A stretch of DNA of 64,000 bases from Phaeosaccion multiseriatum (Eukaryota; Protista; Ochrophyta, other classes), in contig OZ218956.1 of NCBI GenBank assembly GCA_965112735.1, positions 2,170,001 to 2,234,000 of the forward strand, read 5' to 3'. Of the stretch, positions 1-10,682 are shown one piece after another; position 1 is the first letter of the stretch, and each line of letters begins with the position of its first letter. A program made the position numbers and the translations under genes. The notes beneath the pieces were generated by a model, which saw only the letters and a list, made by a program, of their open reading frames with translations, was not told the DNA's origin and made no database searches.

Positions 1-107
1 AAGCGGAGTAGTTGCCCTCTTTCTTCGGTCTCCGCTGTTGCCAGAGACCGCTTCATGTGCAAACTCTGATGTGACTCGGACACGTCTCTCTCTCCCCGTC
101 CCCGCAG

Positions 108-3100
108 TGGATGCAACGCTTCTTCATGTACCTGGACCGCTACTACGTCAAGCACCACTCACTGCCCACTCTGTACGAGGCGGGCTTGAAGTACTTCAAG
201 GTGTGTGTGTGTCATTTCGTTGTCCCTCGAGCAAAGCGCCCAGGGCAGTCCTTCCGTCATGAAAGGGTGAATGGAAATTCTTTCTTCTCGTACCTGCTCT
301 CTTTGCCGTCGCTGCTCCACCCCCTTTCTGTCCTCTGCCTTTTTGTTGCTGTTGCCATATGGCCCCTTCTCGCTCCTCGACGGTGGGGTTTTACTCACGC
401 CACTGCTGCTACTACTGATTGCTGTTGCGCTGGCGTACCGTGCTCATCACGCCAAACCTTGCCACTCCCTCGGTGGTGTCCGTCTCCCTACGTGGACTGA
501 CCTCTGTATAGGGCCTCGTCTACGACGTGGTGAAGAAGGATGTCGTGAACGCGATTCTGGACGTGATCAATCGGGAGAGGGAGGGAGGTATCGTGGACAG
601 GTCGCTCGTGAGCAGCTGTGTGGATCTGTTTGAGTCGGTGGGGATGGGGTCGCTGGACTCATACACGGCGGATCTCGAGGAGCCGCTGCTGGAGAGCACG
701 TGCCAGTTCTACGAGAAGAAGAGTCAGCAGTGGATGCAGACGGACAGCACCCCTGATTACATGATCAAGGCGGAGGCGGCGCTGGAGAGTGAGAAGGCGC
801 GCGTCAGCAACTACCTCAATAGCACCACGGAGTCAAAGCTGCTGCGTGTGTGTGAGACGGAGATGCTGCAAAAGCGCGAGATGGACTTGCTTGAGAAGGA
901 GGGTAGCGGGTGCCGCATGCTCCTCACCAACGACAAGGTGCGTGGGTGCGTGGGGGGGGGGGGCAGGGTCGTGATCGTTTTGTGTGGTTGATCGCGTCTT
1001 CGCACCTTTCGTGCTGGCGCAGTTGACTTGCCTGCACTGGCTTGTGTCTTTTGTCTCCTTATCTTTGTGTCTGAATCTGTGTCTATCAGTCTATCTGTCA
1101 GTCTTGTCAGTCAGTCTGCGGATGGTGCTCTGATTCTGATATGAGAAGGCTGTTGTCAGGGTACCTCCCCTCCCCTTCATCCGTCCGCCCACCGCTACAT
1201 TCCTGCCCCAACCCGTTTCTCACTCTCCGTGCGACTGCCTCCTCCTCCTCCTCCTCCTCCTCCTCCTCCTCCTCCTCCTTGTTGGGCACAGGCGGACGAC
1301 TTGGCGCGCATGTTCCGGCTGTTCTCTCGCCTACCCGATGGGTTGGTGCCCATGGCCAACATTGTGCAGCAGCACATTTCGGGGGTGGGGGGTGAGATCA
1401 TCAATAGGAGGGAGGCCAAGATTGAGGGCGGAGAGAAGGACACAAATCAGGTACACCAATCGAGCGTGTTGCTCTCCGTTTACTCTCCCATCTTAAGTCC
1501 CCCCGTCGTTGTACGTGAAACGACAAACTGACTTTAACCTCTTTGCTTGTGTCTTGTGGTCCGCCCCTCCTCTCTCCCTGCCGCCTCTCCCTTCCCTTCC
1601 CCTCCCCACCCCGCCAAATGTGCACCACCCCCTCAGGATGCGGGCTTTGTGAAGGAGCTGCTGGCGACGCACGACAAGTTCATGGCCGTGGTGAATGACC
1701 AATTCTCTGGCCACTCACTTCTGCAAAAGGCGCTCAAGGAGGCTTTCGTGGAGATTATCAATAGGGATGTGGGCAAGTTCAAGAACGCCGATCTCATGTG
1801 CTGGTGAGTAGTCACGATACGGGAAGGAAGGCAAGCTTGGCACTTGGTTCCTTGTTTTCGTTTGGGATGAAGCATGACCTGTCACCCGTCACTGGAATGA
1901 GCTTGTGGGTACAGCATGGTTGAGGACAGAGCACCACCCTGTTCGATTACTCACTCCCCTCCTTCGCCCAGCTCGCTCTCACCGACTAAAGTCTTTTTAT
2001 GTCCATGCTCCATGCTTGATGCTTGATGTCTTTGATGCGACCAACCAACCAACCAATCAACAATCAATCAATCAATCACTCAATCAGCTTCTGCGACCGT
2101 ATCCTCAAAACGGGCGGCGAGAAGCTGTCCGACACGGAGGTGGAGGACAATCTCACGAAGGTGGTGCAGCTTTTCAGTTACCTCACGGACAAGGATCTCT
2201 TCGCGGAAATCTACCGCAATCTTGTGAGTGCCCCGGGGCCCGAATGAGCAATGAATTTTGGGACCAACGTACCGCTTTGTGGGTTGGGACTGTGAAGGTC
2301 TTTGGTATCGCTCTTTTGTCTCTCTCTTCCTCTCTCTCTCTCTGTTCACCTCGTCTTGTATGTCTTCACCACCAGCCTTGCCATAGTTCTTTCTTTTGGT
2401 TGGCGGTCTGAATCTTCTCCCTCCCGCGTCATTCCCGCGTGTCGCATACGTGTCACACAGCTGGCAAAGCGGCTCTTGAACCAGCGCTCGGCAAGTAACG
2501 ACATGGAGCGGGCGATGATCGGGAAGCTTAAGCTCAAATGTGGCAGTCAGTTCACGGGGAAGGTAAGCAAGGCTACACAAAATTTCTTTTCTATAATGCC
2601 TGCCTCTGCCATCACATTCGTAACCGGCAATCTCTGACATTTGTGTTGTCTGTGCCCCCACGTTCTCGCCCCCCCGGTGCTCTCTTTCCCTTCTTCCCCC
2701 ACTCCGTCTCTCCCTCCGTCTCTGTATCCTTCTCTCCACATGCTGCTGCTTGGAAGATGGAGGGCATGATGAACGATCTCTTGCTGGGGTCTGAAAGCGC
2801 GGAGGCCTTTGACAAAGCCCTCAAGGAGAAGGTGAGCTAAAGATGGAGGAAGGCTATATATCATGCTCACTGCCTACTCACTTTGTGGGTTGCTGCTCAT
2901 GACTTTGGCTTGCCCTTTGCTTGGCCGGTCTGTGGCATTCATCTTCTCTCTTCTTCCCTCCACCGCGTTTCTCCTTCTCGTCTGCCCTGTCGTGTTTTGG
3001 CACCGCGCATATCGTACGTACACGGGCACTCACTCGATTTTCCTTCATTCCTTCCAGGTGGCGAAAGGGGAGGTGGACTTGGGCAAGATTGAGTTCACGG

Positions 3101-4734
3101 TGCAGGTGCTGACCACGGGCTACTGGCCCTCACACAAGACGCACGATGTGGCGTTGCCCAACAACATGATGCTGTGCATGTCGGTGAGTGAATGCGCGAC
3201 GCGTTTCACACTGCACAGACCGGGTCTGATTTGTCTGCTCTATCACAGTTCCGGCAGGCTTTGTCTTCTTGTCTCTTCCTTCACCCTGCACAGGCTGGGT
3301 GTGATTGTCTGGTCTACCAGAGGGGAGGCAGGCTTTCTCCGTATGCTTTCTCCATCTCTGGTCCTCCTGTCCTCCCTCATCGCTCGTGTTTCTTTTGTGC
3401 TGTGCTGTGCTGTGCTGTGCTGCTCTTGTCGCTTCTCCCACTCACAGACGTTTAGCGACTACTACATGGAGAGCAAGTCCCACAGGCGGCTGACGTGGGT
3501 GCACAGCCTGGGCAATGTAACGGTCAAGGCGATGTTCAAAGGGAAGACCTACGACCTGCAGGTAATTTGAACATGTGTGCCCCTACACTGCCGCACACCT
3601 CTCCCACGGCCCTTTCCCTCACCGTACATGTGTATGCCAACGCCTCATGCTCTCCCCGTCTCCTTCCTCCCTTCCGTCTGTTTCTCCGGTTGGTGCAGGT
3701 CATGACCCTCCAGGCCGCCACAATGATGGTGTTCAACGACCCCAGCGTGGGCATTCTCGACTTTACCGACCTCGTGGCGACGCTCAACATTGTGAGTTTG
3801 TTCCATTCCTGCAGTAGCACCGCACTCAACGGAAGCTGGTCTATTTTGAAGAAGCGAGGCGACGCCTGCCTCCTTGTCTCCGATTTAAAACTCTCTAACT
3901 TCCATTTGATCCCTTTTGTCCTTGCGCAATGCAATACCCTGACGTGAGCAGTCGGAGGAGGTGGCGAAGCGGACACTCCACTCTCTGTCGTGCGGCAAGA
4001 TCCGAGTCCTCAAGAGGTGAGAGAATGCTTGCTTGACAAGGAGCCAGTAGCACGGGCACAGGGACAAGGGACCCCGTGCCTCTCCTTTTGGTGGTCCTGT
4101 CTTGTCCTTGTCGTCCTTCTCCCGAGCCAGCAGCACGGGGAGAAGAGACCACGTGTCTCTGCTTTTATTGGTGGTCTTGTTGTCCTCTCAACCTCACTTG
4201 CTTGCTGGCCTTGCTTGCTTTGCCTGCGATGTGACGCAACACACACTCAATCCAGGCACGGTGAGGGCAACAGCATCAAGAATACGGACCGCTTCGAGGT
4301 GAACATGGCCTTCGCGTCGCCCAAGAGGAAGATGAGGATCCCCATGGCGTCGCTGGAGGAGAACCACAACCCCAAGAGAGTGGAGGTACGGCAAGCGGGT
4401 TAGCGGTCTGGCTTGGCTTCTCTCTCTCTCTGGCCTCTTCTCATTCTCTCTTTTCCCCTTACACCCCATGGCTCTTCACGCGTCCCAAAATATATAGTGG
4501 AGAGTGATGGAAAGGAAGGGAAAGGCTGTAACTGTCTTCTTTCTGAAGTGCTACTTTCTACTCTTTACCCCCGCCCCCCTTAACTTTGCCCCGCAGGAGG
4601 ACCGCTCTGTGGCGATAGAGGCGGCGATCGTGCGCATTATGAAGGCTCGGAAAACGTACGGCCATCAGCAGCTCGTGGCAGAGGTGCTGAGTCAGCTGGC
4701 CTTCTTCAGGCCGAATCCCAAGGTGGGCGGGGAG

Positions 4735-4784
<50 letters not shown>

Positions 4785-4980
4785 CCTTGGTTTACGGATT
4801 GGTGCCTCGCTTCTGTGCTGCACAGCACCCGAGTCAAATCTTCTCATGTCGTGCCTCTCTTGCCTTGTTATATATATATATGGGGGACAGGTCATCAAGA
4901 AGCGGATCGAGGCGCTCATCGACAGAGAGTACCTGGAGAGGGACACAGAGATGTCCAACCAGTACAAGTACCTCGCGTAG
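108..4980 (+). CDS. CUL1: Cullin-1 (SCF E3 scaffold), 5' end lies outside the window
   Basis: Exons 108-200, 512-937, 1292-1450, 1637-1803, 2088-2223, 2461-2562, 2757-2831, 3058-3183, 3448-3561, 3699-3791, 3952-4016, 4256-4385, 4597-4722, 4891-4980 join in phase through GT-AG introns. Cullin motifs: [38 protein letters not shown], neddylation motif [14 protein letters not shown]-terminal [21 protein letters not shown]. Confidence 0.95.
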
Positions 4981-5510
4981 GCCTCAAGACAAGACACGTC
5001 AGACGCGTCTTACTTTGGTCACGCATGCGTTGGGGCATGAGGCGACATGCGCCTTTATGCTCAAGCGTACGTGAGGGCATGTCAAGAGCACAAAAGAGAA
5101 AGCAGCCGCGCGGGAGAAGCACCCGTGTGGTGCTGTGGAGTACAGAGGGGGGGTAGATCAGTTTTATGGTTGAGGCAGCAGATATGCATCCATCACACGA
5201 AATGACATGACATTGTAGCCAACTCTGCGCCGTCGCCTTCCAATGGACCTTGCCTTGCAACATGCCTCGCTGTGCCTTGCCACGCTTCCCCCTCCCTACT
5301 CTTCCGTAGCTGCCTCTCGTGGGTACTCTCACCCCCCCCGAAAGCGACACCACCCTCTGCAGCAGCAGCCTCTGCAGGTACTACAGCTGCTCCTCCCCCT
5401 CCTCCAGCAGCAGCACCTGCAACTCCTCCTCTCCCCCCGCTTCGTAAGCTTCTGAGTTCCTCGAAGCCAGTACACAAAGCAGGGTAACAACAACATCTCT
5501 TTGAAAGGGT

Positions 5511-5526
5511 GGTGTTGAGAAACACC
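5511..5526 (-). promoter_or_regulatory. Histone mRNA 3' stem-loop (H2A)
   Basis: Minus strand reads GGTGTT-TCTC-AACACC (6-bp stem, 4-nt loop) followed by ACCC, about 47 nt after the stop. Nearly identical to the element after H2B. Confidence 0.9.
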
Positions 5527-5573
5527 AGTGTTGGGGTGGTAGTGGGCGTCACGAGACAAAAAGCTCCCCGAAC

Positions 5574-5978
5574 TTAGTAGTCTTGGGAGGCAGAGGCGGC
5601 GGCCTTTGGTGTCTTGCCCTTTTTGGGGAGCAGCACGGCGTGGATGTTGGGCAGCACACCGCCGGAGGCAATGGTGACCTGGCCCAGCAGCTTGTTGAGC
5701 TCCTCATCATTCCTCACGGCCAGCTGGATGTGGCGGGGAATGATGCGGCTCTTCTTGTTATCCCTGCAGGCGTTGCCGGCCAGCTCCAGGATCTCGGCGC
5801 ACAGGTACTCGAGCACAGCGGCCATGTACACGGGAGCTCCGGCGCCCACGCGGGAGCTGTACTTGCCCTGCTTAAGGTAGCGACCCATTCGCCCCACGGG
5901 GAATTGCAGGCCCGCCTTGGCAGAACTGGTCGTGGACTTCTTCCCATCTCCTCGTCCTCCCTTTCCCTTTCCAGACAT
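5574..5978 (-). CDS. H2A: Histone H2A with C-terminal SQDY (H2A.X-type) motif
   Basis: [10 protein letters not shown]...[11 protein letters not shown]...LELAGNA...[15 protein letters not shown]...SQDY*. ATG at 5978. Confidence 0.97.
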   Translation of the reverse strand: MSGKGKGGRGDGKKSTTSSAKAGLQFPVGRMGRYLKQGKYSSRVGAGAPVYMAAVLEYLCAEILELAGNACRDNKKSRIIPRHIQLAVRNDEELNKLLGQVTIASGGVLPNIHAVLLPKKGKTPKAAASASQDY

Positions 5979-6007
5979 GGTAGATGTAGTGTGGGTAGAT
6001 GAAAAGC

Positions 6008-6240
6008 CTGGGGAAAGGAGCATGGAGGACAAGAGGAGAGGAAGGCGTAAGCAAGCGTCTTCGACGAGAGCTCTCCGGCAAGAGTTAGAGCAACAAAGAA
6101 AGCAGAGAGCAAAAAAAGCATCATCTCGCAAGAAGCAGCTGTCTCCTCTCCTCATCTCCTCTCTTCCCCTCCCTCTCTCTCGCAAGAAGCAGAGCAGAGC
6201 ACCTCATGTCCTCTCTTGCCATTCCTCTCTCTTCACTTAC
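6008..6240 (-). other. Probable 5'UTR intron of H2A
   Basis: Minus-strand donor G|GTAAGT at 6240 and pyrimidine-rich acceptor CTCCTTTCCCCAG ending at 6008, 29 nt upstream of the ATG. Confidence 0.55.
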
Positions 6241-6607
6241 CGTGGATTTGTGGGTGGAGGAGGAGTATAAAAAGGGTGTGGTCATCTCACATCCGGGTTG
6301 GTGGTCGCGCGGTGCTCGCGGAAAAATATGAGTTGAAGTTTGATCGGTTTACCCAATTCCCACATCACTCCCGCTTCTTTTCTCTCTTTTTTTTCCACGT
6401 AAGAAGGACGAGGAAGGAGGAAGGAGGAAGGAGGAAGGGGGGAGGGGGAAGGGGGGAGGGGGGAGGGGAAAAGGACGAGGGATTTCGTCCGCACGCTTTA
6501 CATGACTTCTCTCATCCCACAACGTCTCACGGCTCCTTTGCTTCCTCCCTCTCCCTCTCTCTCTGTCTCTCTCTCTCTCTCTCTCGCTCTCGCTCTCTCT
6601 CATCAGC

Positions 6608-7126
6608 ATGGCTAAGACTCCCGCAAAGAAGAGCGCCAAGACCCCCAAGAAGGCCGGGGACGGCAAGAAGAAGAGGTCCAAGAGGACTGAGAGCTACAGG
6701 TGCGGAATTGATGCTGCTTTGAATTGGAGAGACACGGGAGGGGGGGGGGATACTACTGCCTACCTCCATGTGATGAGGAGGGAAAAGCACTTGCTCAAAG
6801 CAACAAGCACCACACCAACCCCTCTCCTCTCCCCCCCCTTTCCCTACCCATCCCAAACACACAGCTCCTATATCTATAAAGTGCTGAAGCAGGTGCACCC
6901 CGACACGGGAATCTCCAAGAGGGGTATGTCCATTATGAACTCGTTTATCAACGACGTGTTCGAGCGCATCGCCTCCGAGGCCGGAAAGCTCACGCGCTAC
7001 AACAAGAAATCCACCCTCTCCTCCAGGGAGATCCAGACCGCCGTCCGCCTCATGCTCCCCGGCGAGCTGGCCAAGCACGCGGTGTCGGAGGGCACCAAGG
7101 CCGTCACCAAGTTCACCAGCACTTAG
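6608..7126 (+). CDS. H2B: Histone H2B with one intron (6700-6864)
   Basis: Exons 6608-6699 and 6865-7126 give ...[34 protein letters not shown]...[33 protein letters not shown]. Confidence 0.96.
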   Translation: MAKTPAKKSAKTPKKAGDGKKKRSKRTESYRCGIDAALNWRDTGGGGDTTAYLHVMRREKHLLKATSTTPTPLLSPPFPYPSQTHSSYIYKVLKQVHPDTGISKRGMSIMNSFINDVFERIASEAGKLTRYNKKSTLSSREIQTAVRLMLPGELAKHAVSEGTKAVTKFTST

Positions 7127-7191
7127 GGAGCTTGGCTTTTTTGGTCTCGTCGGCGGCCCACCGCCGCACGCACGACGACAAACAACACACT

Positions 7192-7207
7192 GGTGTTTCT
7201 TAACACC
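7192..7207 (+). promoter_or_regulatory. Histone mRNA 3' stem-loop (H2B)
   Basis: GGTGTT-TCTT-AACACC flanked by ACACT and ACCCTTT, as in H2A. Confidence 0.9.
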
Positions 7208-7515
7208 ACCCTTTTTTACCGAGACTATTCAGTGCATGGGATGCGCGCGCACAGGATGAGACGGCATCCCGCTAAGACCGCGTCACGTGGGAGTACGTCA
7301 CAAGTTGCAAGGGAGTGCGTGCCCTCTGCCCTCCTCATTTCATTATTGGATGACGGCAGCCACCATCGCCCCATCGCGCTACGTGGTCTGGTGGTTTTTC
7401 GGTCTTGTCATGAGTAAAGTATATTGTGGTGGCGTTGGTTGTCAAATACCATAGTGCTACGGCCAAAAAAGGCGACGGTCACCCCGTGTGCGTGTGTTGG
7501 GGGAGAGCGCATTCC

Positions 7516-9066
7516 TCATAACTCCCCCTTGGCTGTCTCTTCCCCTGCCGCTGCCGCTGCCTCCGCGTCCAGGCGGTCGGCCTCCCTGTCCTCCTCCTCG
7601 TCGTCCTCGAACAGGTCGTCCAGCAACGAGTCGATGACGCTCTCCGTTTGCTCCTCCTGCGGGTGGAGGGGGTTGGTTGGTTGATGGGTTGTTGGTGGGC
7701 TAGTTGGATAAAACAACCCGCAGGCGGATGGGAAAGAATGAGAAAACACCGCCCCTCTATCACTGTGCAATGGACTCACCTCGTCCACCTCCTCCTCCTC
7801 ATCCAGCTCCTTGAGAATGTCGTCTAAGCTCTTGGGCCCCTTGGGCTTATCGATGTTCTCCTTCGACTCCTGGCTCACATCGGCCAGCAGGTTTCTGTAG
7901 TTGAAAAAAAAACACATGCCGGGGCGGACACACACAACACGCCACAGAGACGGCAAGCAGCGTACGCTTGAGAATAGAGCAATCTTCAGAAACGGGGGGT
8001 GGGTCGAAGCAAGCAGTAAACGCGTATGTATTCCCATAGCATGCCCAACACTCCCTCACTCACCCTTCGTAGAGATCTGTGAGGAAGTCCCTCTGCGCGG
8101 TCATGAAGTTGTCGAAGTCGTTGGGCTGTGTGTGTGCCCAGTAGAAGAAGTAAATCACAGCGAAGATGGCCTGCGATAGAAGGGAACGGGAGGCAAAAGG
8201 AACGGGCAGAGAAGGCAAGGCGTGAGATAATATAATGAAAGAGTGCTGCCCTTTGCCGTGGCACCGTCCGCACCGCCCCGCCCTCTACTGAGGACTTGCT
8301 TGAAACTCACCCCCACTCGAAACTTGACTTGTCCCTGCGGCCCCTTCTCGAAGCCGTATAGGGGTACGAAGGACTCAGCAAAGGCCAGTGACTCGTCAAA
8401 GAGGTTGGGCAGGATCCAGAACTCGTAGCCCACCATCCACAGAGAGAACCACACCACTGCTCGGATGAGCAAGAAGCCCAGCATGAAGATGAGGAGCGTC
8501 ACTGACAGATACCACATCCACACCTGTAGTAAGGGGGAAAGGGGAGGGGGAGAGGGGAGAGGGGAGAGGAGGTAGAGGAGAGGAGAAGATAAGGCAAGAG
8601 AAGAGAAGAGAGGAGGGGAGAGTAGAGAAGGAGAGGACAAGAGGAGGGCTCAGGAAATTGGCCATAGAAGGACCACCACTGAGCGAGGGGCGGCAAGCGG
8701 ACCGAATGGTTCGTCCCGCAAGAGGTGCTACATGCAATGGTTTGGGTCTCCCGCCTTCCACCGGCCGCTTCTTCCTTCCATTCCAGCCTAGTCTCCATCC
8801 CACCACACCATACATCATACACCCAACTATAGATGCCCAACGATGCCCAATGACACCGACCTTGAGGAACATGGGCCAGATGGGGAAGCACACAATAAGC
8901 AGGAAACCGACGATGATGACGGCAGTGAGCATGTTGCTAAACGTCTTGCTCCCCTCGTAGACCCATGTGTAGAAGCCCTTGGCCTCGTAGCTGGGAGGCC
9001 CTCTCCACATCACTAGGTTGCCCTTTATCTCCCGGTCCTTACTCGAGCGGACAAAAAATCTTGCGG

Positions 9067-9119
<53 letters not shown>

Positions 9120-9297
9120 GGCGAGAGAGAAAAGAGAGGGAGAAAGAGACAGGCGGAGGGAGAGAAGAGAGAGGGGGGGGGGGTTAGAGCTCATGGACGC
9201 GGCTCTTGCATACCTACACACACAGGATGCTGCTCCAACACCGCCGAAGAAACCCCCTGCTCGCTGCCGATAGTGGAATCTCTCCCTCTCTCTCTCA

Positions 9298-9350
<53 letters not shown>

Positions 9351-10403
9351 GTCTTAAGACTTCGTTGCATCCAGGCCGAGCGATACAACGCCCCGTGTAT
9401 ATGTCGTAATTCACAGACCAACTCCTCTCCATCTCTCCCTGTCTTGCCCACTTTCGACACCGACTTTGATTGCTGGTGGGCAGGCACCCCCGCAGCAGCA
9501 GAGATTCTTCACAAAGGAGGCATGGCTCTTGCTTCCTTCTCACGACGCTGAGCGCCTGCAAACATGCTAGACATCTCCCGATCCCCCCCCCAACAAACAC
9601 ACTCCGTCCTTGTACTTGTACTTGAACTTACTCGTGCTCGAGGAGAGCCTTGCAGACCAGCATGGCCTCCTTCTCGTCCTTGATCTTGGGCTTCATCTTG
9701 TCCTTTTCCCTCCTCTCCGCTGCCTGCTTCCTCAGCTTCTCCTCTTCCTCTATCCTCTCCTTCTCATCCTTCTCGTCCCGCTCCCTCTGCTCCTCCCTCT
9801 CCTTTTTGCGCAGCTCCTTCTCTGCCTTCTCCTCCTCTGTCAGCTCCTTTCCCTTGTCCTCAGCCTCCTCCTCCTCCTCGTCGTCCTTTGGCCTTTTCCT
9901 CTCCTTGACAGGGGGGTCGATGCCCTGCAGGACGTTGAGCAGCCTGTCTCCCTTAAAGTACTCCACGCGCTTCCCGTTCTGCTCGTAGTACGGCAGGGAG
10001 GGGCCGTGGGGTGTTTAGCACAACAGAGCAAGCAAGAGGGAGAGGGATACAGTTGCGTGAGAAGGAGGCCCCGCTTTCGAAGAGAGCGCCACGTAGGGCC
10101 TCGGTGGTGCCTGCCGCGCGTCAGCGTGGTCAGCATCAAAACGCCCTGCGGGACCCGCAGGCAGCCAGCCCTCCCAGAAGCCAGGTCATTGGTGCCTCAT
10201 GCTCCCACCTCGCGCTACCATTCGCTCTCCCCACGGCCTCCTCGTCTCCATGACCCGATACAAATGTTGCCCTTCGCCCCCCCTCCTGCCCGCCCACTCA
10301 CCAAGATTCCCTGTCTGCATGGCAAATGCTTCTTGCAAAAGTCAGCGATGGACCGTAGCCCCTCCTCTGTCTCCCACGACTTGACCTCTCCCCCCTTCTT
10401 CAT
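7516..10403 (-). CDS. SEC62: ER translocon subunit Sec62
   Basis: Exons 10403-10302, 9978-9632, 9059-8861, 8523-8311, 8170-8064, 7894-7780, 7656-7516. Motifs: RVEYFKG, GFYTWVYEGS, two TM segments around CFPIWP, FWILPNLFDE..F.ESFVPLY. Confidence 0.88.
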
Positions 10404-10682
10404 GGTCAGGACTCCCCTTTCCGGGCTGACTCCTCCTACGGCTCTGCAGGCGGGCCAGAGCCAAACAAGGGCTTGGAATTCACCAAGAAACTTTCGCTGC
10501 CGCGCCGAACGCCGCGGCTTCTGACGCTGCTACTGATCACAGTGCGGGGGCAGCGGGAAAGCAGGGCCCAAGCCAACACTGCTTCGATTAAAGCCTCAAA
10601 GGCCGATAGGACGGGAAATGAAGAGGAAAGGAAGGCAAATCCCCCCCTGGGGCAATGGTGACTTTTTCCAATCAACGATCTT

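Noticed and set aside
9349-9362. 14-bp palindrome AAGTCTTAAGACTT in a SEC62 intron
   Set aside because: Isolated, with no partner terminus; could be a footprint but cannot be supported.
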